Assembly (NCBI GenBank): GCA_944358505.1
Contig: CALVRG010000011.1
Location: forward strand, 1 to 51,464
Direction of reading: 5' to 3'
DNA from: an uncultured Bacilli bacterium
GTDB taxonomy: Bacteria > Bacillota_I > Bacilli_A > RF39 > UBA660
Length of the DNA stretch: 51,464 nt
Part shown: in pieces, positions 38,764 through 48,960 of the stretch
Layout: each line of letters opens with the position of its first letter
How positions within the stretch are numbered: position 1 is the first letter of the stretch
The notes under the pieces: generated by a model
Database searches by the model: none
The model's input: the letters and a program-made list of their open reading frames with translations, nothing else
Told to the model about the DNA's origin: nothing
Program-made: the position numbers and the translations under genes

Positions 38764-40119
38764 TTATTTACCTACACAAAAGTTTGCAAATAGCTCATCT
38801 AGTAATTCATCATTGTAATTTTCTCCAGTTATATTTCCTAGTAACTCAAAGACTTCTTTTAAATCCACTTCTACAATATCAATTGGTGCATTGTTTTCAA
38901 AACTTTCTTCAGCATCTTTTAAACTTTGCAATGATTTTTTAGCAAGTGTTAATTGTCTATTATTTGCTAAATATGTATAGTCATCTTCAGATATTTCTTC
39001 TAACTTAAACATCTTTTTTATTTCTTCTTTTAGAGGTGTTAATCCGTCTAAAGTATTTGTATTTGTACTTACAATATGTTTAAATTTTAATTTGTTTTTA
39101 TTTATTCTTAAAGGCAAATCATTTTTATTAAGTACTATTACTGGATTTTTGTCTTCTACTTGAGAAAGAATAAACAAATCATTTTCTGTTAATTCTTCAC
39201 TGCCATTTAATACTGTTATTATTAAATTTGCTTCATTTATTAATGACAAACTTTTTTCTACACCAATTTTTTCTGCAAGATTGTCTGTTTCTCTAATTCC
39301 TGCTGTATCGATTAATGATAATTCTATACCATCAAACATGATACTACCTTCAACAATATCTCTAGTCGTTCCTTCTATATCTGTGACAATTGCTTTTTCT
39401 TCTTTTAATAGATTATTTAAAATGCTGCTTTTTCCTACATTTGGACGTCCTATTATAATTGTTTTAATACCATTTTTTAATATTTGTCTTTCTTCTGATT
39501 TTTTTATTAAATTTGTTAAATCTTCTTTTAATATTTTTATAGTTTCTTTTAATTCTTCTTTTGTTACTTCTTCTATATCATAATATTCTGGGTAGTCTAT
39601 ATTAACCTCAATATTTGCAAGAAGATGTTTTAATTTATTCCTAAAAGTTTGAATATATTTTTTTAAGGATCCTTCAAGGGATGATAAAGCTAATTTTCTT
39701 GACTGATCAGTTTTACTTTCTATTAAATCCATTACTGATTCTGCTTGTGTTAAATCAATTCTACCATTTAGAAATGCTCTTTTAGTAAATTCACCAGGCT
39801 CTGCTAATCTTGCTCCTTTTTCTACTATTAGATCTAAAATACTTAAAGTTGTAGAAATTCCACCATGACAATTTATCTCTACAATATTTTCTCTTGTAAA
39901 TGTTTTTGGTGATCTCATAACACTAACTAAAACTTCATCAAGATCTTCTACTCCATTATTTATATAACCATAATTTATAGTATGACTATCAACTTTAGTT
40001 AAATCTTTACCTTTAAAAATTGAATTTACTATTTCTATAGATTTAGAACCACTGACTCTTATTATAGAAATTGCTCCTACTCCTAATTTTGTAGATATGG
40101 CAGCTATAGTATCATTCAT
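38764..40119 (-). CDS. mnmE: tRNA modification GTPase MnmE
   Basis: DTIAAIST, GEFTKRAFLNGR, GRPNVGKSS and DTAGIR; ends FCVGK. Confidence 0.98.
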   Translation of the reverse strand: MNDTIAAISTKLGVGAISIIRVSGSKSIEIVNSIFKGKDLTKVDSHTINYGYINNGVEDLDEVLVSVMRSPKTFTRENIVEINCHGGISTTLSILDLIVEKGARLAEPGEFTKRAFLNGRIDLTQAESVMDLIESKTDQSRKLALSSLEGSLKKYIQTFRNKLKHLLANIEVNIDYPEYYDIEEVTKEELKETIKILKEDLTNLIKKSEERQILKNGIKTIIIGRPNVGKSSILNNLLKEEKAIVTDIEGTTRDIVEGSIMFDGIELSLIDTAGIRETDNLAEKIGVEKSLSLINEANLIITVLNGSEELTENDLFILSQVEDKNPVIVLNKNDLPLRINKNKLKFKHIVSTNTNTLDGLTPLKEEIKKMFKLEEISEDDYTYLANNRQLTLAKKSLQSLKDAEESFENNAPIDIVEVDLKEVFELLGNITGENYNDELLDELFANFCVGK

Positions 40120-40227
40120 TTTTTTCCCTCCCTTTTTCAGTTTTATTATTATATTTAATATTTATTTTAATGTAAAGCTTAATAAATAAATGTATTTAAG
40201 CTTAGTCACTTTTTTACAAAAAAGAGC

Positions 40228-40836
40228 CTAAGACCGTGGCTTTATAATAACACAACGATTAGGCTCTTCTCCTGTACTTTCAGTGTATACATATTTATTA
40301 TTAGCTAAGGCATTATGGACAATACGTCTTTGGTAAGAATTCATTCTATCCATTTTTACTTCTATTTTTGTTTCTTTTACTTCTTTTGCAAGTTTTTTAG
40401 CAAGGTTTTCTAGATGTCTATCACTTTTTTCTTTATAATTATTAACATCTATAAAAAAGCGATAGGTATTGTTTATTTTATTTTTTAAGATTTGATTTAT
40501 TACTATGTTTAAAGCTTGTAAATTTTTACCATCCTTACCTATTAATAAAGCATCATTATTGGAATATAAGCGATAGGTCGGAATATTATCACTAATACTT
40601 ATTTCTATATCAACTTCATAGCCCATATCTTTTAAAAGATTTTTAATTAATTGTTTTAAGTATTCTCTTATTTCTATTTTTTCTATTACTTCTAATTCTA
40701 CTTTTTTAGAAAGTAAAGTTTTCTTTTCTTCTTTTACATTTATAATTAAATTCTCTTCTAACTCTTGTAAGTCTACCTTTGCTTTATTTAGTGCCTCTTC
40801 ATAAGTTTTTCCAATATAGTTATGCTTTTTTACCAT
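40228..40836 (-). CDS. jag: RNA-binding protein Jag/KhpB (EloR)
   Basis: Jag_N (GKTYEEAL), KH (LLIGKDGKNL) and R3H (RRIVH; STGEEPNR). Confidence 0.93.
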   Translation of the reverse strand: MVKKHNYIGKTYEEALNKAKVDLQELEENLIINVKEEKKTLLSKKVELEVIEKIEIREYLKQLIKNLLKDMGYEVDIEISISDNIPTYRLYSNNDALLIGKDGKNLQALNIVINQILKNKINNTYRFFIDVNNYKEKSDRHLENLAKKLAKEVKETKIEVKMDRMNSYQRRIVHNALANNKYVYTESTGEEPNRCVIIKPRS

Positions 40837-41755
40837 TCTTTTCCATTCCTTTCATTACAATAATATTTTGAACTATTGCAAAGATGTTTCCAACAGACCA
40901 ATAAATACCTAGGGCTGATGGCATAAAGAATGCTGTAATTATAATTATTACACTCATCATTATTGGCATCATCTTCATTGAAGGATCAGTTGCTTGATTA
41001 GATGTAGTTTTAAACATTAGTATAGTTGTTGCTCCTATTATTATTATTAAAATTATGTACATATAAATAGTTGAGCTGGAAAAACCTACTAATGGTGTTG
41101 TTCCTAATTGAATACCAAGGAAATTTTCTTCAAAAATGGCTGGTACTCTATTTATTGCTTCTAAAAATGCTAATAAAAGTGGTAATTGAATAAATGAAAT
41201 AATGCAACTTGTTAAAGGATTAAAATTATACTTTTTATATATCATCATCATTTCTTGATTTTGTTTTAACATTGAGTCTTGATCTGTTTTACCTTCATAT
41301 TTTTTCTTTATTCTCTCAAGTTCTGGTGTTGCCTTCTTCATTAATTCACTTTGCACTGCCATTTTTCTTGTAAATGGAAATAATATTAGTCTAATTATAA
41401 TAGTTATTATAATAATACTTAAAGCAAAACTTCCTATATATTTACCTAAAGTTAAAATTAAAAATGCTAAAGGTTTTACAAAAATACCAGTCCATAAACC
41501 ATCATATTTTGTTGAAGCAGGTGTAAACTCAGAACATTTTGGTAAATCTTTTAATTTAACACCATTTTCTTTGTATAATTTTCTTGTTTGTTCATTTTCA
41601 GGCTGACATAATATGTTTTCAATTAGAGCTTGCCCTGTTTCAGGATTCTTCACAGGTTGCTTATCTTTGTCAACAAGTGTTGTTTGGCATCCTGTGACTA
41701 GAAATACTAATACAATAATCAATATAATTTTTAATTTTTTGTGTTTAATTTTCAT
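40820..41755 (-). CDS. yidC: Membrane protein insertase YidC/SpoIIIJ
   Basis: Lipobox VTGC, IRLILFP, PELERIKKKY, IQLPLL and ALGIYW motifs. Confidence 0.95.
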   Translation of the reverse strand: MKIKHKKLKIILIIVLVFLVTGCQTTLVDKDKQPVKNPETGQALIENILCQPENEQTRKLYKENGVKLKDLPKCSEFTPASTKYDGLWTGIFVKPLAFLILTLGKYIGSFALSIIIITIIIRLILFPFTRKMAVQSELMKKATPELERIKKKYEGKTDQDSMLKQNQEMMMIYKKYNFNPLTSCIISFIQLPLLLAFLEAINRVPAIFEENFLGIQLGTTPLVGFSSSTIYMYIILIIIIGATTILMFKTTSNQATDPSMKMMPIMMSVIIIITAFFMPSALGIYWSVGNIFAIVQNIIVMKGMEKNGKKA

Positions 41756-41768
41756 ACAATTATGCTCC

Positions 41769-42095
41769 TTACTTAATTTTATCTAATAAATTTTCTAAAC
41801 TGCTTTTTAATTCTTGATAAGATAAATTTAAACAGCTATTTCTTATAATTATAATACAATTATAGTTTTTTTCATAGCTTTTATTGTAGATTCTTAAAAT
41901 TGCTCTTATTTTTCTTTTTAATTTATTTCTAATATGGGCCTTACCTACTTTTTTTGGAACTGCAATTCCATATTTATTGAATGATTGCTCTTTTTCTTGA
42001 AAAAACACAATAAAATTATAATTTTTAATTTTTTTACCTGACTTTATAATTTCATCAAATACTTTACTTTCCTTTATAATATACTTTTTATTCAT
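41769..42095 (-). CDS. rnpA: Ribonuclease P protein component
   Basis: GIAVPKKVGKAHIRNKLKR (RNR motif region); rpmH-rnpA-yidC order. Confidence 0.95.
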   Translation of the reverse strand: MNKKYIIKESKVFDEIIKSGKKIKNYNFIVFFQEKEQSFNKYGIAVPKKVGKAHIRNKLKRKIRAILRIYNKSYEKNYNCIIIIRNSCLNLSYQELKSSLENLLDKIK

Positions 42096-42115
42096 AGTTT
42101 CACTTCCCATAAGTA

Positions 42116-42143
42116 AAAAGCCACTGGAAAGATAGTGGCTTTT
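42116..42143 (-). terminator. Hairpin/terminator between rpmH and rnpA
   Basis: AAAAGCCACT-GGAAAGAT-AGTGGCTTTT inverted repeat. Confidence 0.7.
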
Positions 42144-42270
42144 ATTTTACTAATTCTTTGCGTCCTTTCTTACGACGACTATTTAAAATTTTACCATCGC
42201 TATTTTTACGAGCGAAGAATCCATGCTTTTTAGCTCTTCTTCTTTGGTTTGGTTGATATGTTCTTTTCAT
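42142..42270 (-). CDS. rpmH: 50S ribosomal protein L34 (42 aa; missed by ORF track)
   Basis: Manual translation [42 protein letters not shown]; SD GGAGGTG. Confidence 0.96.
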   Translation of the reverse strand: MKRTYQPNQRRRAKKHGFFARKNSDGKILNSRRKKGRKELVK

Positions 42271-42359
42271 TTTTCACACCTCCAGACTTGAAATCTACAT
42301 TATTATAATAGTTAGTATTGATCTTTGTCAAGACGTTATTTTAGTTACTTATTTTTTAA

Positions 42360-42540
42360 TCTTTTTCCACTATTTCCACATAGTGTGGAAAAGTTTTTTC
42401 AACTTGTGAATTTAAAAATTGTGGAAAATGTGGAAAACTATCTTTTTCGTTGATATATTTTAATATAAATTGTGGAGAAATTTGTCGAAAAATTGTGGAA
42501 AATAAAAAATGTTAAAATTACTATTCCTTTTTCCACAAAT
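42360..42540. other. oriC part 1: DnaA-box cluster upstream of dnaA
   Basis: TTTTCCACA/TGTGGAAAA exact at 42384, 42420, 42429, 42494 and 42529; one-mismatch copies at 42363, 42372, 42471 and 42483. The coding strand switches here. Confidence 0.92.
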
Positions 42541-42590
42541 TTAGAGTATTATATTTGTAAATTTATGAAATTCAGGTGGGAGGTGATAGG

Positions 42591-43964
42591 GTGAATGTCG
42601 AAATTCTATGGCAAAATGTTCTAAAGGAAATAAAAGATGAACTTTCATCCTTAGCTTTCGACACTTGGTTTAGTGATGTCAATCTTGTTGAACTTAATGA
42701 AAGTATGGCAATTATTGAAGTACCTATGTCTATCCATAAGAAACATTTATCTGACAATTATTTTGACCTTATTAAATTATCTTTAAATAAAGTTACTGGT
42801 AGCAATTATGAAATAGAATTTTTGTTACCTGAAGAAATAAATAAGAAAAAAATAGAGAAAGAAAAAGAAGAAAATAAATTAGTAAGCGAAAATGTTCCTA
42901 AAGATTTAAAAAATAAATCTAATCTAAATAAAAAGTATAATTTTGAAAATTTTATTGTAGGGAATAGTAATAAATTTGCTCAAGCTGCTGCTTTATCTGT
43001 AGCTGAAAATCCTGGTAAAATGTATAATCCATTATTTATATATGGTAATAGTGGTTTAGGGAAAACACATTTAATGCATGCTATTGGAAATTACATAGTA
43101 GAAAATTCTAATAAGAAAGTTTTATATGTTACAAGTGACCAATTTAGAGATGATTTTGTTGGCATTAATAAGAAAGACGAAAAGGGGACTAATTTTAGTT
43201 ATATAGATTTCTTTAAAGATAAATATAGAAATATTGATGTTTTAATTATCGACGATATACAATTTTTAGGTGGTGCTACGCAAACTCAACAAGAATTTTT
43301 TCACACTTTTACTAATCTTTATAGTGATTCTAAACAAATTATTATTTCTTCTGATAGATCGCCTAATGACTTAAAATTATTGGAAGAAAGGCTTAGAACA
43401 AGATTTTGTTGGGGTCTTACTGTTAATATTTATCCACCTGACTTTGAGCTTAGGAAAGAAATACTTAGAAAAAAAATAATCTCTGGTAATTTTGAAACTG
43501 ATATTCCGGCAGAGGTTATTGAATATATTGCTTCAAATATGGGTAGTGATGTAAGACAACTTGAAGGCTCTATTACTAGACTTGTAGCATATTCTACTAT
43601 TATGGGTGGAGCTAAAATAGACATAAATCTTGCAATTGATGCTTTAAAAGACTTTATTAGTAAAGGATTAAGTGAAAAAAATGATATTACACGAATACAA
43701 AAAATTGTATCAGAATATTTTCAAATTTCAGTAGAAGATATTAGATCAAAGAAAAGGAGTAGTAATATTGCTTTTCCAAGACAAATAGCAATGTATTTAT
43801 GTAGAAAACTAACTAGTGAATCTTTTCCTAAAATCGGAACAGAATTTGGTGGGAAAGATCAGTCTACAGTTATGCATTCTGTTGAAAAAATTGAGCAAGA
43901 AATTAAAAATAATAGTGATTTAGCGGCAATTATAAAAAAACTTGAAAATGATTTAAAGCCATGA
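42591..43964 (+). CDS. dnaA: Chromosomal replication initiator DnaA
   Basis: YNPLFIYGNSGLGKTHL, LIIDDIQF, QQEFFHTF, VRQLEG and RQIAMYL motifs. Probable GTG start at 42591 after SD GGAGGTGA. Confidence 0.98.
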   Translation: MNVEILWQNVLKEIKDELSSLAFDTWFSDVNLVELNESMAIIEVPMSIHKKHLSDNYFDLIKLSLNKVTGSNYEIEFLLPEEINKKKIEKEKEENKLVSENVPKDLKNKSNLNKKYNFENFIVGNSNKFAQAAALSVAENPGKMYNPLFIYGNSGLGKTHLMHAIGNYIVENSNKKVLYVTSDQFRDDFVGINKKDEKGTNFSYIDFFKDKYRNIDVLIIDDIQFLGGATQTQQEFFHTFTNLYSDSKQIIISSDRSPNDLKLLEERLRTRFCWGLTVNIYPPDFELRKEILRKKIISGNFETDIPAEVIEYIASNMGSDVRQLEGSITRLVAYSTIMGGAKIDINLAIDALKDFISKGLSEKNDITRIQKIVSEYFQISVEDIRSKKRSSNIAFPRQIAMYLCRKLTSESFPKIGTEFGGKDQSTVMHSVEKIEQEIKNNSDLAAIIKKLENDLKP

Positions 43965-44090
43965 TTGTTGAAAACTTTATTTTTTAAACTTTTTTTCCAC
44001 AGTTAAAGTTAATAATTTTGTGATATAATATAAGAGAATTATGGGGTTTTCCACAATTTCCACTATATAATTATAAATATATAAATAGAA
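43965..44090. other. oriC part 2: DnaA boxes plus AT-rich unwinding element between dnaA and dnaN
   Basis: TGTTGAAAA (43966), TTTTCCACA (43993), tandem TTTTCCACA-ATTTCCACT (44047-44064), then the pure-AT run TAT AAT TAT AAA TAT (DnaA-trio-like). Confidence 0.88.
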
Positions 44091-44104
44091 AGAAGGAATA
44101 ATTA

Positions 44105-45232
44105 ATGAAATTTACAATAAAAAAAGAAGTATTGATGGATGCTTTAACTAAAGTATCAAAAGCTATATCTAGTAGAAATGTTATACCAGTTTTGGCAGGC
44201 ATTAAATTTGATCTTACTTATAAAAAGCTTGTTTTAACTGCAAGTGATAATGACATTACAATACAAACTTTTATTAATTGTGATGATGAAGATATTATCA
44301 AAGTACGTGAAGAGGGTAGTATTATTATTCAGGGAAAATATATTTCTGATATTGTTAGGAAATTACCTGATTCTTATATAAATATTGAAGTAGTTGATGA
44401 GTTAAAAATTTTAGTATATACAGAAAATAGTGAATTTAATTTAAATGGTATTAGTGAAAGTGAATATCCTAATATTGATTTAGGGGAAAGTAAAAGCTAT
44501 ATAGAAATCTCTGCAGTGACGTTAAAAGAAATTGTTAATCAAACATCATTTGCAACTTCTATAGATGAAAATAAGGCTATTTTAAATGGTATAAACTTTA
44601 ATATCACCGGTGATATATTAGAATGTAATGCCACAGATTCTTATCGTTTAGCTAGAAAACTTATAAAACTTGATAAGGAAAGTAAAGAAAGTCAAAATAT
44701 TGTTATTCCTAGTCGTAATTTAGTTGAGTTTACAAGAATTATAGATGATAAAGAAGATATTGTTCAAATTCATATATTCAATAATAAAATCTTATTTAAA
44801 TATAAAAATCTTTTATTTCAATCTAGACTTATTAATGGCACTTATCCTAATACTTCTAATTTATTACCTAAAGATTATTTAGTTAAATTACATTTTAATA
44901 TCAATAATTTTTATGATGTTGTTGATAGGGTTAGTATTTTGACTAGTGATAAAGACAAGAATACTGTTACTTTAGAAACTGATGGAAATAACTTAATAAT
45001 GAAATCTTCTAGTGCTGAAATTGGTAGAGTAGAAGAAAAAATGGTTATCTCTAAAGATCAAGATATTGATGTAAAGGTATCATTTAGTTCTAAATATATG
45101 ATGGATGCTTTGAAGTCATTTAATACTGATACTGTAGAGATGTATTTTGTGGGAGAAATTAAGCCTATTTTATTAAAGAGTGAAGAAGATGAAACTTTAA
45201 CTCAATTAGTTTTACCTATTAGAACATATTAA
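44105..45232 (+). CDS. dnaN: DNA polymerase III beta clamp
   Basis: PVLAGI, ATDSYRLA and SRLINGTYP; ends LVLPIRTY. Confidence 0.98.
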   Translation: MKFTIKKEVLMDALTKVSKAISSRNVIPVLAGIKFDLTYKKLVLTASDNDITIQTFINCDDEDIIKVREEGSIIIQGKYISDIVRKLPDSYINIEVVDELKILVYTENSEFNLNGISESEYPNIDLGESKSYIEISAVTLKEIVNQTSFATSIDENKAILNGINFNITGDILECNATDSYRLARKLIKLDKESKESQNIVIPSRNLVEFTRIIDDKEDIVQIHIFNNKILFKYKNLLFQSRLINGTYPNTSNLLPKDYLVKLHFNINNFYDVVDRVSILTSDKDKNTVTLETDGNNLIMKSSSAEIGRVEEKMVISKDQDIDVKVSFSSKYMMDALKSFNTDTVEMYFVGEIKPILLKSEEDETLTQLVLPIRTY

Positions 45233-45257
45233 AAAGTAAGAAATTTACTTTTTTTTT
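45231..45257 (+). terminator. Terminator after dnaN
   Basis: AAAAGTAA-GAAAT-TTACTTTT followed by a long T-run. Confidence 0.7.
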
Positions 45258-45296
45258 ATTTTTTCGACAATAAAACCAATTTTTTGACAATATAAT
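45241..45296 (+). promoter_or_regulatory. comK upstream region: candidate K-box and Spo0A boxes
   Basis: AAAT-N5-TTTT (45241) -N18- AAAA-N5-TTTT (45272); TTCGACA (45263) and TTTGACA (45283); TATAAT at 45291. Confidence 0.45.
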
Positions 45297-45348
45297 ATAG
45301 TAGACTGATAGCAAAGCAATGAATTGCTTTTGAAAGGGGAGACGGATT

Positions 45349-45804
45349 ATGAAAGATTATGAAATTAATGATGACACACTTGCTATTATGCCTGATGATA
45401 TTTGGAATTCAATTGTTATGGAGGATGATTGTGATTATAATATTAAAAAGAAACCTTTAGAAATTGTTGATTATAGTTGTAAATATTTTGGAAGTTCTTA
45501 TTCGGGAAGAAAGAGTGGTGCAAGTGAAATATTGAATAGTGGCTATAAATTACCAATAATGGTGGAAGATACAAGAAATATAATATTTTTTCCTACTACT
45601 AGTCCATTGGATGAAGATTGTGGTTGGATTTCTTTAAAAAATGTTAAGAAATATTGTAAGACTTCCAACGGAAAAACTGAGGTTGAATTTAGAAATGGCA
45701 AAGTAATCACATTAGATATTTCCTACAATTCATTTAATAATCAGATTATGAGAGCGAGTAGATTAGAATCCATTATAAGAAGCAGAAAAGAAAAAGCAAA
45801 ATAA
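45349..45804 (+). CDS. comK: Competence transcription factor ComK family protein
   Basis: YEINDDTLAIMP...PLEIVDYSCKYFGSSYSGRK...KLPIMV...IIFFPTTSP....CGWIS. Confidence 0.9.
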   Translation: MKDYEINDDTLAIMPDDIWNSIVMEDDCDYNIKKKPLEIVDYSCKYFGSSYSGRKSGASEILNSGYKLPIMVEDTRNIIFFPTTSPLDEDCGWISLKNVKKYCKTSNGKTEVEFRNGKVITLDISYNSFNNQIMRASRLESIIRSRKEKAK

Positions 45805-45911
45805 TTGCTTTTTTCTATTTTATTGACTTAAAATATGATATAATAGTCTTGCGTGTATAGGAGTACTAAAATAGGGTGTAGGTGATTATATGGTCGTTTT
45901 TTTAGTTGAAT

Positions 45912-47024
45912 ATGATTGTTAGAACTTTAAAAGTTAATAATTTTCGTAATTATGATAAATTTTTAGTTACTTTAGGAAGTAAAATGAATATTTTTATTGG
46001 AAATAATGCTAGTGGAAAGACTAATATTTTAGAAGCAGTTGCTATTTTAGGATTAACTAAATCTTTTAGAAATGGTATTGAGTCTGATATTATTAAGCTT
46101 AATAAACAAAAGGCAATTATAGAAGGAAGAATTCTGAATAATAAACAAATAAAGGACTTAAAAATTGAATTTAGAGAAAAAGATAAAAATGTTTATATTA
46201 ATTCTAAAAAAGTTAGAAAGTATGCTGATTATATTTCAAATTTAAATATTGTTATATTTACTCCTTTAGATTTAGATATTATTAAAGGATCACCTAGTAT
46301 TAGAAGGAATTTACTTAATATTTCTTTATCACAAATATCTTATTCTTATTTAGTTACTTATAATGAATATAATAAAATTTTAAAAACGCGCAACGAATAT
46401 CTTAAAATTTTATATACTAATGGATTAGCAGATAAAGCTTATTTAGATATTTTAACAGAAAAATTAATAGAGAAGGCTGTTATTATTTATCAAGAAAGAT
46501 ATTCTTATTTGAATAAAATTAATAGTTATATCTCTTCTATTTATTATGATATTACTAATGAATTGATAAATATTAAAGTTAATTATAAGCCTAATATTGA
46601 CATTGATAGTTTTGTTTCTAAAAATATAGAAAATAAATTAAAAGAATGCTATATGAAAAACTTTAAAAAGGAATTGCAGGCTGGAATGACATTATATGGT
46701 CCTCATCGCGATGATTTTGCTTTTTTTATGAATAATTTGGATATGAGAATATATGCTTCACAAGGGCAGCAAAAATGTGTTGTGTTATCATATAAATTGG
46801 CTTCTATTCCTATTTTTAAAGAAACTAGCGGAACTAATCCTGTTTTATTATTAGATGATATTTTTAGTGAACTTGATTTAGAAAAGCGTAATAAATTGCT
46901 AAAGTATATAAATCACGATATTCAAAGTATTATAACAACAACTGATTTAAAAAATATTTCTAAAAAAATATTAAATGATGCTGTTATTTTTAATGTTAGT
47001 GAAGGTAAAATTGAGAGGAGTTAA
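45912..47024 (+). CDS. recF: DNA replication and repair protein RecF
   Basis: NFRNY, GNNASGKTN, GPHRDD, ASQGQQK and LLLDDIFSELD motifs. Confidence 0.97.
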   Translation: MIVRTLKVNNFRNYDKFLVTLGSKMNIFIGNNASGKTNILEAVAILGLTKSFRNGIESDIIKLNKQKAIIEGRILNNKQIKDLKIEFREKDKNVYINSKKVRKYADYISNLNIVIFTPLDLDIIKGSPSIRRNLLNISLSQISYSYLVTYNEYNKILKTRNEYLKILYTNGLADKAYLDILTEKLIEKAVIIYQERYSYLNKINSYISSIYYDITNELINIKVNYKPNIDIDSFVSKNIENKLKECYMKNFKKELQAGMTLYGPHRDDFAFFMNNLDMRIYASQGQQKCVVLSYKLASIPIFKETSGTNPVLLLDDIFSELDLEKRNKLLKYINHDIQSIITTTDLKNISKKILNDAVIFNVSEGKIERS

Positions 47025-47027
47025 GTT

Positions 47028-48950
47028 ATGGAAGAAAAAATTGAAAGTACTTATGATTCTTCTGCTATTCAAGTGCTTGAGGGATTAGAAGCAGTAAGAA
47101 AAAGACCAGGTATGTATATAGGATCTACTAGTTCTAGAGGCCTTCATCATTTAGTATGGGAGATTGTTGATAATGCCATTGATGAAGCTTTAGCTGGATA
47201 TTGTACTCATATTGAGGTTGTAGTTAATAAAGATAATAGTATTACTGTTAAGGATGATGGTAGAGGTATTCCTGTGGATATACATCCTAAAACAGGAAAA
47301 AGCACAGTAGAAACCGTTTATACAGTACTACATGCTGGAGGTAAATTTGGTGGTGGTGGCTATAAAGTATCTGGCGGACTTCATGGTGTTGGTGCAAGTG
47401 TGGTTAATGCTTTATCTGATTGGTTAGAGGTTAAAGTTTATAAGAATGGTAAGGTTTATTATCAAAGATATCAAACTGGTGGACATCCTGTTGAAAATTT
47501 AAAAGTAATTGATAGTTGTGATGAAAATAGAACTGGTACAACTGTAACCTTTAAACCAGATGATCAAATATTTACTGAAACAACTGTTTATGATTATGAT
47601 ATTTTAAAAACTAGGCTTCGTGAACTTGCATTTTTAAATAGAGGACTTCGTATCACTTTATATGATGATAGAGAAGATCCAAAAAAAGATAGTTTTCATT
47701 ATGAAGGTGGTATTCGTGAATATATTGAGATGCTTAATAAAAATAAGAATCCAATTCATGATACAATAATTGATATTTCAGGAGTTATGCAGGATATTTC
47801 TTTGGAAGTTGCTTTACAATATAATGAATCATATAATGCTGCTATTTATTCTTTCGTTAATAATATTACTACTCCTGAAGGCGGAACGCATGAAGATGGA
47901 GTTAGAAGAGCTTTGACTAGGATTTTAAATAAATATGCAGTTAGTCATAACTTTTTGAAAGAAAAAGACGATTCTTTAACTGGTGATGATGTTAGAGAAG
48001 GTCTAACTATGATTATTTCTATTAAGCATCCTAATCCTCAATTTGAAGGACAGACAAAGACTAAACTTGGAAATAGTGAAGTTAGAAGTATTGCTGATAA
48101 GATTTTTTCTGAACCATTCGAAAGATTTTTGCTTGAAAATCCTGATGAGGCAAGGGTAATCATTGAAAAATGTATGACGGCTTCACGAGCTAGAGTAGCT
48201 GCTAAAAAAGCAAGAGAGCTAACTAGACGTAAGGGAGATTTAGATGTTACTAATTTTTATGGAAAATTATCAGATTGTAAAAGTAAGGATGCATCTATAA
48301 GTGAAATTTTCTTAGTAGAGGGAGATTCGGCTGGAGGGTCTGCTATTAAGGGAAGGGATAGTATGACTCAGGCTATATTACCTTTGCGTGGTAAAATTTT
48401 GAATGTTGAGAAAGCTAGACTTGACAGAGCGTTATCTAATGAAGAAATTAGGACTATTATTACAGCTTTTGGTACTGGTATTGGTGAAGAATTTGATATT
48501 TCTAAACTTCGTTATAATAAGATTATTATAATGACAGATGCTGATGTTGATGGTTCTCATATTAGGGTATTGCTTTTAACGCTATTTTACCGCTTTTTTA
48601 GGCCTATTGTTGAAGCGGGACATGTATATGCCGCACAGCCTCCTTTGTTCGTTATTAAGCACGGAAAAACTATTAAATATGTATTAAATGAACAAGAACG
48701 TGATCAGTATTTATCCACACTTGCTCCTAATACAAAGTATGAGATTGCTCGTATGAAAGGTTTGGGTGAGATGGATGCTGAAGAATTAAACGAAACAACT
48801 ATGGATATTAATAAGCGGGTTTTAAGACAAATTACAATAGATGATGTAGTTGCAGCAGATGAGGTTTTCTCTGAACTTATGGGTGAAGAAGTTACTCCAA
48901 GACGTGAATTTATAGAAACAAATGCAACTTATGCTAATTTGGATGTTTAG
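47028..48950 (+). CDS. gyrB: DNA gyrase subunit B
   Basis: [34 protein letters not shown] and MTDADVDG motifs. Confidence 0.98.
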   Translation: MEEKIESTYDSSAIQVLEGLEAVRKRPGMYIGSTSSRGLHHLVWEIVDNAIDEALAGYCTHIEVVVNKDNSITVKDDGRGIPVDIHPKTGKSTVETVYTVLHAGGKFGGGGYKVSGGLHGVGASVVNALSDWLEVKVYKNGKVYYQRYQTGGHPVENLKVIDSCDENRTGTTVTFKPDDQIFTETTVYDYDILKTRLRELAFLNRGLRITLYDDREDPKKDSFHYEGGIREYIEMLNKNKNPIHDTIIDISGVMQDISLEVALQYNESYNAAIYSFVNNITTPEGGTHEDGVRRALTRILNKYAVSHNFLKEKDDSLTGDDVREGLTMIISIKHPNPQFEGQTKTKLGNSEVRSIADKIFSEPFERFLLENPDEARVIIEKCMTASRARVAAKKARELTRRKGDLDVTNFYGKLSDCKSKDASISEIFLVEGDSAGGSAIKGRDSMTQAILPLRGKILNVEKARLDRALSNEEIRTIITAFGTGIGEEFDISKLRYNKIIIMTDADVDGSHIRVLLLTLFYRFFRPIVEAGHVYAAQPPLFVIKHGKTIKYVLNEQERDQYLSTLAPNTKYEIARMKGLGEMDAEELNETTMDINKRVLRQITIDDVVAADEVFSELMGEEVTPRREFIETNATYANLDV

Positions 48951-48960
48951 GAGGTAAAAT

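Noticed and set aside
42142-42270. L34 slightly shorter than the typical 44 aa
   Set aside because: Small internal deletion with conserved termini and SD; not evidence of a pseudogene.
42360-42540. Short repeats resembling a CRISPR or iteron array
   Set aside because: They are 9-bp boxes in both orientations with irregular spacing next to dnaA, so DnaA boxes.
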